Origin: Podarcis vaucheri
Lineage: Eukaryota
Assembly (NCBI GenBank): GCA_965113315.1
Contig: OZ220363.1
Strand: one strand, 5' to 3'
DNA: 64,000 nucleotides
This document shows positions 28,400 through 36,614 of the stretch, piece after piece. The position numbers were made by a program, and so were the translations under genes. A model generated the notes under the pieces. It did not search any database. It had not been told where the DNA came from and was given only the letters and a program-made list of their open reading frames with translations. Every line of letters begins with the position of its first letter. The first letter of the stretch is position 1.

Positions 28400-31300
28400 T
28401 CCACCTCCCCTCCAGGGCCCCCCTCTCCCCCGCCCCTACTCTCTCCTCTGGGCGGTGAGGAGCTGAAACCCCTAAAAGAATCCTCCTCATCTTCCGACGT
28501 CTCGAACATTTCCCTCCATCGGTCTTCGTTCCGACTCGCTGAATCCTCCTCCACCTCGGAATCAGCGAACCCCTCCAACTCTTCTTCTTCGTCGGTGGTG
28601 GCGAAGTATTCCCTCCGGAACCTCGCCACTGGCTGGGGTTTCCGAGGGAATCTCTGATGAAAAGTTTCAATCAAAACCTCGTCATCTACATCCTCTGCCC
28701 TGACCCAGGTGTTTTCTGACTCCGGCTCCCCTTCCCACATTACCAAATACTCTACTTGCTCTCCCCTCCACCTGGAATCGAGAATCTCCGCTACATGGTA
28801 GCTGTGTTCTTTTTCCTCCATAGCTGGTCCCCTATTGACCCTCCCCTCTCTGTCCCCTATATACGGTGACAGCAATGATCTGTGGAACACTGGGTGCAAC
28901 TTCATGTGGTTAGGTAACCGGAGTCTGAAAGCCACTGGGTTGACCTGTTGCGTGACTTCAAATGGGCCCAGTCTTTTGGGTCTTAACTTCTTACAACCTC
29001 CTTTAAATGGTAACCCTTGGGTGGACAACCACACCTGATCCCCCACCCTAATGCTTTCTCCTTCCCTTCTGGTTTTGTCTGCCTGCCTCTTATATGCCTC
29101 CTTCGCCCTGTTTAAATTAAGTTGGAGCTGGCGATGGATCGCTTCCATTTCTTCAACGAACTGTTCTGCGGCTGGAACGCTCCAGTTCTCCCCCTCCCCC
29201 CCTGGGAAGGCTCGGGGATGACACCCGTGATTGGCCAAAAAAGGGCTCATTCCCGTGGACACGTTCTCCGCATTGTTATAGGCAAATTCTGCCAACGCCA
29301 GCTTCTCCACCCAATCATTCTCTCTGTCATTCACATAACACCTCAAATATTGCTGGAGGACACCATTAGCTCTTTCCGCCTGCCCGTTGGTTTCTGGATG
29401 ACGGGCAGTTGAGAAATTCACCTCTACATGCAATAAGCTCATGAGCTTCCTCCAGAACCTGGAAGTAAATTGTTTCCCTCGGTCCGAAACCACCCTCAAG
29501 GGGGCACCATGCAATCTAAACACATTTTCCACAAACAATTTAGCGGTTTCTTCTGCTGTGACCGCATGTGAGCAGGCTATAAAGTGGGCCATCTTGGTTA
29601 ACAGGTCTACCACAACCATAATGGCTGTCTTCCCTTTGGACCTGGGCAGATCAGTCATAAAATCTATTGCCACTGCCTCCCATGGTCTTTCCGGCGTGGG
29701 TAGTGGTTCTAATAAACCTGCCGGTGCCCGCCTCTCCCCCTTGGCTCGTTGACATCGGTCACACCCTCTCACATACTCCCGCACATCTTCCCTGACCTTG
29801 GGCCACCAGAATTCCCTGGTAACCAGCCACATGGTTTTGTGTTGCCCAAAATGCCCTGCTGTGGGGCTATCGTGCAGTTGCTTGAGTACCTTTTCCCTCA
29901 ATTCTCCTTCAGGTACGTATAACGCTCCCTTGTAGTACAACGCCCCGTTTCTCTCCTCAAAACCCCCGGGTTTGTCTCCCTCCCTCCTGAGACCCCTGAG
30001 TTTGTCCTGGGCATATTCATCCTGCACCGTTCCCTCTATCAGTTCCCTTAGCCCCACCAGTGCCGCCCCACACACCCAGCGATCCTCGGGAATGACATGG
30101 GTCTCTTCGGGTGCACCCTCTCCCTCCAAATATTCAGGTTTGCGTGATAGAGCGTCCGCCCTAACGTTCTCCTGGCCTGGTACGTAACAAATCTCAAAGT
30201 TAAATTTGGAGAACTCCTGGGCCCATCTCAACTGCCGTTGGTTGAGCACTCGCGCAGTTCTCCAATACTCTAGATTCTTATGGTCCGTGCGTACTTGCAC
30301 CTTCTGTTGTGCACCAATTAGTAGGTGCCTCCATCTCCGGAAGGCCTCATAAATCGCAAGAAGTTCCCGGTCATACACCGTGTAGTTTCTCTCCGATTTG
30401 TTCAGCTTTCGCGAAAAGAAGGCACACGGTCGCCACTCGGACCCCTCCTTCCCTGGCTGCAGAAGAAGCACCGCCCCTATGGCTCTGTCAGAAGCGTCTG
30501 TTTCGACCCTCAGCTTTTTTTGTAAATCCACATGTAGAAGTTGTTCGTCAGAGGCGAAGGCCTTTTTCAGTTCCTCAAACGCTCGCTCCGCCTCCCCCGT
30601 CCAAACAAACTTCTTTTTGCTGCTGAGACAGTCCGTGATGGGCGCCGTCAGGTGAGCGAAGTTTCGGATGAACTTACGATAAAAGTTTCCAAACCCTAGG
30701 AACCTCTGCACATCCTTCTTAGTCTTGGGGGTTTTCCATTCCAGCACCGCTTGAACCTTGCCGGGGTCCATGGCCAACCCCTTGTCTGACAAGCGGTACC
30801 CCAGGAATTCCACCTCCTTGGTATGAAACTGACACTTCTCCAGTTTCACCCACAGTCTGTTGGCATGCAGCCTGCTCAACACTTCTCTGACGTCTCTCAC
30901 ATGTTGCTCCTCATTCTCCGAATACACCAACACGTCATCTAAGAAGGCCACGCAATTCTTGTAGAGCAAAGGCCCCAGTACATGGTTCATAAAGGCTTGA
31001 AAACACGCGGAGCCTGCTTGTAATCCAAAAGGCATAACGAGATATTCAAATGCCCCCAAAGGGGTGAACATGGTGGTCTTCCATTCATCCCCTTTCCTTA
31101 TACGTATCAGGTTGTACGCCCCCCTTAGGTCCAGCTTTGTAAAAATCTTTCCTTTTCGCACCCTGGTCATAATATCATCAATCCTGGGCATAGGAAAAGC
31201 CACCGGCTCTGTCACTGCATTTAGGGCCCGAAAGTCACATACCAGTCTCGGCTTGTCCGTGTTCTTTTTATCCACAAAAAACACTGGGCTACCCCCCGCT

Positions 31301-32013
31301 GCCTTGGACTCTCTGATGAAGCCTCTCTTCAGGTTCTTGTCAATGAACGCTCGCAACTCCTGCATCTCCCTGTCTGACATGGCATACAACCTGCCTACAG
31401 GAAGCTGTGCTCCAGGGAGTAAATTGATCTGGCAATCAAAGGGCCTATGCGGGGGTAGTTGGTCAGCTTCCTTCTCGCTGAACACGTCGCTGAGATCAGC
31501 ATACTGTGATGGCACCTTCCCCTTCTCCATCACTTCCGTCCCTGCTAGGGTGGCTTGGGCCCCTGCTGACCCCTTTTCCCCCCTGCAGTGTTCTAAGCAA
31601 TGTGCGGAACCGAAGGAAACCACTCTTTGATGCCAGCCCACCAGCGGATCATGTAGGGCTAGCCAGCTCATTCCCAAAATAATGGGAGCGCCTCCCAAGG
31701 TGGCCACATTAAACGCTATCAGTTCTGTGTGCCTTGCCACCCTCATTATCATTGGGATGGTCTGCAAGCTGACGCCTCCTCCCAACAGTTCTCTGCCATC
31801 GATCGTGGTCACCTGCAGGGGGTTGCTTAAGGGGATAGTCTGTATCTGGTGTTCAGCCGCAAACTCCTTGCTCATGAAATTGCAGGAGCTGCCTGAGTCC
31901 AACAGCGCCTTTATTTTTAGGGGGTGTCCATTTTGCAACTCTAGCGACACTTCAATCACTAGAGCAGGTCGAGGAGCTTCTGGCACTGGCACTTGGGAAA
32001 GGGGCACTTTCAC
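28051..32013 (-). CDS. pol: Pol polyprotein (aspartic protease, RT, RNase H, integrase, chromodomain, long C-terminal tail); probably entered by -1 frameshift at 32061-32067
   Basis: LLDSGS protease; MPFGL...FLDD RT; TDAS...ELLA...TDH...ADALSR RNase H; H-x6-H...CDRC and D,D,E integrase; GPF; YHVAEILDSR...EYLVMWEG...ENTW chromodomain; 1320 codons without a stop. Confidence 0.97.
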   Translation of the reverse strand: MKVPLSQVPVPEAPRPALVIEVSLELQNGHPLKIKALLDSGSSCNFMSKEFAAEHQIQTIPLSNPLQVTTIDGRELLGGGVSLQTIPMIMRVARHTELIAFNVATLGGAPIILGMSWLALHDPLVGWHQRVVSFGSAHCLEHCRGEKGSAGAQATLAGTEVMEKGKVPSQYADLSDVFSEKEADQLPPHRPFDCQINLLPGAQLPVGRLYAMSDREMQELRAFIDKNLKRGFIRESKAAGGSPVFFVDKKNTDKPRLVCDFRALNAVTEPVAFPMPRIDDIMTRVRKGKIFTKLDLRGAYNLIRIRKGDEWKTTMFTPLGAFEYLVMPFGLQAGSACFQAFMNHVLGPLLYKNCVAFLDDVLVYSENEEQHVRDVREVLSRLHANRLWVKLEKCQFHTKEVEFLGYRLSDKGLAMDPGKVQAVLEWKTPKTKKDVQRFLGFGNFYRKFIRNFAHLTAPITDCLSSKKKFVWTGEAERAFEELKKAFASDEQLLHVDLQKKLRVETDASDRAIGAVLLLQPGKEGSEWRPCAFFSRKLNKSERNYTVYDRELLAIYEAFRRWRHLLIGAQQKVQVRTDHKNLEYWRTARVLNQRQLRWAQEFSKFNFEICYVPGQENVRADALSRKPEYLEGEGAPEETHVIPEDRWVCGAALVGLRELIEGTVQDEYAQDKLRGLRREGDKPGGFEERNGALYYKGALYVPEGELREKVLKQLHDSPTAGHFGQHKTMWLVTREFWWPKVREDVREYVRGCDRCQRAKGERRAPAGLLEPLPTPERPWEAVAIDFMTDLPRSKGKTAIMVVVDLLTKMAHFIACSHAVTAEETAKLFVENVFRLHGAPLRVVSDRGKQFTSRFWRKLMSLLHVEVNFSTARHPETNGQAERANGVLQQYLRCYVNDRENDWVEKLALAEFAYNNAENVSTGMSPFLANHGCHPRAFPGGEGENWSVPAAEQFVEEMEAIHRQLQLNLNRAKEAYKRQADKTRREGESIRVGDQVWLSTQGLPFKGGCKKLRPKRLGPFEVTQQVNPVAFRLRLPNHMKLHPVFHRSLLSPYIGDREGRVNRGPAMEEKEHSYHVAEILDSRWRGEQVEYLVMWEGEPESENTWVRAEDVDDEVLIETFHQRFPRKPQPVARFRREYFATTDEEEELEGFADSEVEEDSASRNEDRWREMFETSEDEEDSFRGFSSSPPRGESRGGGEGGPGGEVDVRELTSEEREVVGLPETGRESTAKAGTSRGSAGSLEEDLSNAERDAAAQAGSRRGEKGVRDTSSENSGEVSEATAGRPMLRRKLSRRESRRRVSVKELLCWKRFRRQPLSDSTSD
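28400..28413 (-). promoter_or_regulatory. Polypurine tract (plus-strand primer)
   Basis: Minus-strand GGAGGGGAGGTGGA directly before the TG of the 3' LTR. Confidence 0.85.
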
Positions 32014-32067
32014 TGCTCTTTGGCCTGGCTGCAGTGCCCTGCTGGCAACCAGGCGTTGGCTTTTACC
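32002..32067 (-). promoter_or_regulatory. -1 ribosomal frameshift signal (slippery heptamer and H-type pseudoknot)
   Basis: G_GUA_AAA in the gag frame, 6-nt spacer, stem 1 GCCUGGUUGC/GCAGCCAGGC, stem 2 GGGCACU/AGUGCCC; pol is in the -1 frame and open across this site. Confidence 0.8.
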
Positions 32068-33020
32068 TGCTCCGTTTCTCCCTGCTCTTCCCCCTCAACA
32101 GTTCCCACCATCCCTTGCCATTCCTTCCTCTGGGGGCAGACTCTGGCAAAGTGGCCTGGCTGTTGGCAGAGATAGCATTTCCGGGGTCCCTTTCCCTCCT
32201 TCTTCGCCCCCTCACTGGGCTTTGAAACTGCGCGCGCGCGGGCTGTTCCAATTTCCATCGGCTCTGCCGGCGGGAAAGCTGGCTCAGGAATGTCTGGAAT
32301 GCGTAACTCCTTCCAACGTTCCCCTCTCCCTTCCCGCCTCTCCAAGGCTCTTGCCTCCTGGCGCGCTCCAATGGTCAGCGCAGATTTGGTCAGCTGATCC
32401 ATAGACACCGCCCTGGGGCTCCTGGCCAGCTCGTCTTTCACAGCTGAAGAAAGACCTTCTTCAAATAGCATCTGAATGGGTGCTGCCGATAAATCCCACC
32501 CCAATCTGTGAATCAGCATGGTAAATTCAGTCCAGTACTCACGGACAGATCTGCTTCCCTGCTTGCAAGCCATTAGCTGTCTGCGCACTCCCCCCTCCTC
32601 AATATCGCTGGAGAACATGATATCCATTGCACGAAAGAATTTCATAGCGTCCTTCAGGATATCGTTGTGCGTTGCCATCAGGGGTCGAACCCAGTCCCGC
32701 GCCCCCTTCTCAAGATGCCCAATTACGAAAGCAACTCGGGATTCCTCATCAGGGAACTCATCAAACTGCACATTCAGGGCATATTGCATTTCAGTCCTAA
32801 AGGCATGGTAATCCTTGGGGTCCCCCCCAAACTTCTGCACTAATCCTGGTACCTTTCTGGGGAACTGAGTGGTTCTCCCCTTCTTGTCTGCATCTTGAGC
32901 CCTCCTCTCCTCGAGCCTCGCCGTCTGCAGCGCAAGTTGGACCTCCAATGCTCGGTATCTGTCTTCCAAGCTTGGACCAGCTCCACCCCCTGCGGCTCCG
33001 GCTCCTGCTGGGTCGCTCAT
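32010..33020 (-). CDS. gag: Gag (capsid and CCHC nucleocapsid), sushi/PEG10-like
   Basis: ATG at 33020 downstream of the PBS; KQGSRSVREY retrotransposon-gag motif; PMEIG; zinc knuckle CYLCQQPGHFARVC. Confidence 0.93.
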   Translation of the reverse strand: MSDPAGAGAAGGGAGPSLEDRYRALEVQLALQTARLEERRAQDADKKGRTTQFPRKVPGLVQKFGGDPKDYHAFRTEMQYALNVQFDEFPDEESRVAFVIGHLEKGARDWVRPLMATHNDILKDAMKFFRAMDIMFSSDIEEGGVRRQLMACKQGSRSVREYWTEFTMLIHRLGWDLSAAPIQMLFEEGLSSAVKDELARSPRAVSMDQLTKSALTIGARQEARALERREGRGERWKELRIPDIPEPAFPPAEPMEIGTARARAVSKPSEGAKKEGKGPRKCYLCQQPGHFARVCPQRKEWQGMVGTVEGEEQGETEQVKANAWLPAGHCSQAKEQ

Positions 33021-33052
33021 GATGCCTTCTCCTGCACAGGCAGCGTACAGAG

Positions 33053-33063
33053 ACTGTCGGACT
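33053..33063 (-). promoter_or_regulatory. Self-priming primer-binding site
   Basis: Minus-strand AGTCCGACAGT 2 nt after the 5' LTR, with no TGG/tRNA-type start; exact complement ACTGTCGGACT in the LTR at 33194-33184. Confidence 0.85.
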
Positions 33064-33065
33064 GC

Positions 33066-33518
33066 TGTCAGGGGATGATTAGCTGCTTGTGCGTAAAATA
33101 GTGCCCCTTCAGAGTTTGTGCGACCCCACAAACCTCTGTGTGTGACAGAGCTCCTCAGACATGTCTGCTCTAGTCACTTGTAGAGTCCGACAGTGGCTGT
33201 CTGCGGAAGCGCTTCCAGCAAAGAAGTTCCTTAACGGAAACGCGTCTCCTGGACTCACGACGTGACAGCTTCCGGCGAAGCATAGGTCTCCCTGCAGTTG
33301 CTTCTGACACCTCCCCGCTATTTTCGCTCGAAGTGTCTCTCACCCCTTTCTCTCCCCTTCTGCTTCCTGCCTGGGCTGCTGCGTCTCTCTCAGCATTACT
33401 GAGATCCTCCTCCAGAGACCCCGCGCTCCCCCTACTGGTCCCTGCTTTAGCTGTTGACTCTCTCCCAGTCTCTGGGAGCCCTACCACTTCCCTTTCCTCC
33501 GATGTCAGTTCCCTGACA
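33066..33518 (-). repeat. 5' LTR of the Gypsy element
   Basis: Direct repeat of 27947-28399; followed on the minus strand by the PBS and gag. Confidence 0.97.
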
Positions 33519-34481
33519 CATAGAAGCAAATGGAAATATCTTATGTGCTGGATGAGAATCTCATAGATCTTCTGTAAAAACGTTGGATCTTTTATCCACA
33601 AATAGTTACAGCTGTATGTCCATAATTCTAGCCTTTAAGGAGAAGCACTATGTTCCTTGGACAAGGATTGTGGAGCTTTACATTTTTACATTGGAAGGCG
33701 GGATAGCAGGATATATTCTAAAAAATAAAAATCAAGATTACAGTGTTAAAAGAGTGCGTCAAAAAGGATGTGCAGGAAGGAGGTGAAAGGAATATAACCA
33801 AATCGAAAGAAACAAGCCAGCTCTGCTTTAGTATGTAGAAGGCAGCCTATGGGAGAGCGAGTGTGACAGTTAAATCAGCAGGGTGTAAACAGGACAATCG
33901 ATGAGGATAAAGAGATTGCAGAGAAAGAAAATGATTTATTCCCATTGGTATTCACTACAGGAGAAGAACCACCTTAATGCTAATCTCTGTGGCTACTGAA
34001 GAAGAGACCACAAAAAAAAGAAAAGGAGCTCACAACACAGAGACAAAGGGGGAACCCTGTTGGATCAGGCCAAAGGCCCATCTAGTCCATCATTCTGTGC
34101 TCACAATGGCTAATCAGATGCCTGCAGGAACCCCAGAAACAGGAGCTGACCACAATAAGACCTGAGCACAAAACAGCACTCTCCTGTGTTTCACAGCATA
34201 TACCTCCTGGTAATGGACGACTAGCAGTCACTGAGAGCCCCATCTTCCATGAATTTGTCTAATTTCCTTTCAAAGCTGTCCAAGTGGGCAGCTCTCAAGC
34301 CCCTATTTAATATAAGGCAGGGTTACTCACTTTTTAAAGGCCTTCAATAGGAGGATATTTACTGATTTACAAGTTAACACAACTGCAAAGCACAATAAAA
34401 GCACAAGTACCAGCTTAAATAAGGGTGGGGAACTTGCTGCCCATGGGCCTATCTATTTGAAGTGAGCTTTCTCACTAAAGT

Positions 34482-34547
34482 GCATTGCATGTAGCGGGTT
34501 GGATTAGATGACCCCCAGGGTCCCTTCCGACTCCACAATTATACGGT
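34482..34547 (+). mobile_element. Short degenerate CR1 3' tail
   Basis: GGGTTGGATTAGATGACCCCCAGGGTCCCTTCC..CTC.ACAATT resembles the CR1 ends at 49800-49849 and 7540-7580. Confidence 0.6.
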
Positions 34548-35334
34548 TCAAAATTTGTGGCACTGAATTGACTTAAAGCGTGTCCCTTGTGGCTTACTCC
34601 CAAATAAATGTGTTTAGGATTTCAGCCATAGGCTTTTAAAAGACCCACTTTGAAAATGGCATTGTTGCTTAGCTGCCAAGACATTTGAAGTACAGAGCAG
34701 GCTGAAAGTTACATAGGCTAAGGCAAATTTCAGTGTAGCGCTAAGAAGATTTCCCAACACTGCAAACATTTTTGCTTGCCTGACGGAACTATCTCCCCTC
34801 TCCTCCCCACCCCCCAGTCCCAACTTGAATAAAATATTGTGGGGGCCCAGGTCAGTCCCACCCCACATAATCAATCACATGACACAGTGCGCACACACTA
34901 TTTAAATAGGAATGCCCATCAACTTTATGGGGGCCCAGCCTAGGAGTTGTCCCCTATGCCCCCCATGGTGTCCTGGGGTTTCTCCTGACCCTCCAGAGCA
35001 GATTTGGGGTAGGCTTGGGGAGAAAGCATGGGGGAAGAGCCCCACTGTGCTAGCAGGAGTCCTTGCAGTGACTTCCGCTAGCAAAACAAGGTAGCTGAAT
35101 CCGCGCCCTAAGGCTTACATTGATGTTTTGTTCTGAATCTAAACGTGTCAGTCCCGAATTTCACTAAGTTCAGCAGGATTCATTTCTAAGTAAGTGCACT
35201 TAGGATTGTAGCCTCCACCACACTACTTGAGAAAATCCTTTTTGGAATCCATGGAACATTTCCAGAAATTTGTCAACGTAAAGTGCCATCAATATGCTAA
35301 CTACAAGACTTTTCCTCCTTTTCATTTCAGTCAG

Positions 35335-36322
35335 CTGAGCTGAATCAATGTCTGGATATGGTAAAAGACTGGAGGACAGCCTACTAAATGATGCTCAATC
35401 CTGACAATACATAGACACCATTAGTAGGTGGTTGCACTGTCCAAATGCATAGAGTCCAACCTGTTCTGTAAAGGATGAAGTCTGTAACTTGGAAGAATCC
35501 AGTACTGTCACTGGAGGCATAAATGCCCTTGGTGACATGGAGTGCATTTGACCAGCTTAGACTGGCAGTCCAGCTATGTCCCTATCAGGATGTGGATAAC
35601 CTGGCTTCCTTGGTCTATGCTCTTGTAATATCCCATCTGAATTAATCTCAATGTACCTAGGGGTGCCTGTGAATTCAGACTGGTATTTCAGATAGTGCGG
35701 AATCTGGAGGCTAGATTGCCAATGGAGAGTCGGCATTTAAAATTTATTACACCGGTCCCTGCCCATCTACACTGTCTTCCAATTCATTTCCAGGTCTAAT
35801 TCTATAGAGCCTTGCACAGCTAAGGACCCAGGGCCTAATGGTATCCCTCTTCTCATTTGTGTCCTGCCCTAAGACCCTCCACAAAGGCTCTCCTCTAAAG
35901 TCTCTGTCCTTCTAAATTACAGACAGTGGCAACAAGTTAGAGTGTTTTTGGTGGCCCCCTCTCCATCTGTGGAAAGAGGCTCACATAGTCTCTACTCTAG
36001 TCATTTCAGTGCCAGGCAACCTTCCTCTTCCCCCATTTCTCAGAAATGGTTGATTTTTACACCCTTTAACATTTTAATATTTTGAATACTATTTATTGTA
36101 GTCCCTGTATAAATCTGGCAGCAATTGCTTATTGCTTGTATTGGTGTGGTTAGGTTGCTGTGACACAATTGTGTCAGGGTTGAAGTTGTTTTCTAATTGT
36201 GGTTTGACTTGTTTTATTCATTAATAGTTACGTATTGAAAGTTTGTGTTGATTATTCTCTGATGTTTTAAATCTGTTTTATTATAGATAGCCTAGAGGCT
36301 TCTGCACAAGGCGACAAACAAA
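35335..36322 (+). mobile_element. Old, degraded L2-clade LINE 3' part
   Basis: Recognisable similarity to 60094-60796 (AATCCTGACAA, CCAGCT..G.CCCTA.C.GGA, TGGTCTATGCTCTTGTAA, CTACACTG.CTTCCAATT) with many stops and indels; boundaries approximate. Confidence 0.65.
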
Positions 36323-36324
36323 TA

Positions 36325-36565
36325 CAGTGGTACCTCAGGTTAAGAACTTAATTCGTTCCGGAGGTGCGTTCTATACTGAAACTGTTCTTAACCTGAGGTA
36401 CCACTTTAGCTAATGGGGCCTCCTGCTGCCCCTGCGCCGCCGCTGCACGATTTTTGTTCTCATCCTGAAGCAAAGTTCTTAACCCAAGGTACTATTTCTG
36501 GATTAGCAGAGTCTGTAACCTGAAGCGTCTGTAACCTGAAGCATCTGTAACCTGAGGTACCACTG
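36325..36565 (-). mobile_element. Tigger-type MITE, copy 3
   Basis: CAGTGGTACCTCAGGTTA termini, TA TSD. Confidence 0.9.
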
Positions 36566-36581
36566 TACAGTAGATAGAGAA

Positions 36582-36614
<33 letters not shown>

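Larger units (their letters stand above)
27947..33518 (-). mobile_element. Full-length Ty3/Gypsy LTR retrotransposon, chromovirus of the Tf1/sushi type
   Basis: Two 453-bp LTRs with TGTCAGGG...CCCTGACA termini; 5-bp TSD CATAG (27942-27946, 33519-33523); gag then pol in PR-RT-RH-IN-chromodomain order; PPT present. Confidence 0.98.

Noticed and set aside
30934-30945. FLDD instead of YLDD in the Gypsy RT
   Set aside because: Conservative change with both aspartates kept; not interpretable without a family alignment.
32230-32240. (GC)n run as possible Z-DNA
   Set aside because: Explained by Ala-Arg codons in gag.
28214-32811. Plus-strand ORFs of up to 240 aa within the Gypsy element
   Set aside because: Antisense shadows of gag/pol with no recognisable domain; no env gene is evident.
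33021-33131. N-terminal extension of gag in the ORF track
   Set aside because: Starts at a TTG inside U5; the first in-frame ATG after the PBS (33020) is more plausible.
33170-33601. 143-aa ORF identical to the Pol C-terminus
   Set aside because: It is the LTR duplicate of the U3 frame with a non-ATG start in flanking DNA; not an independent gene.
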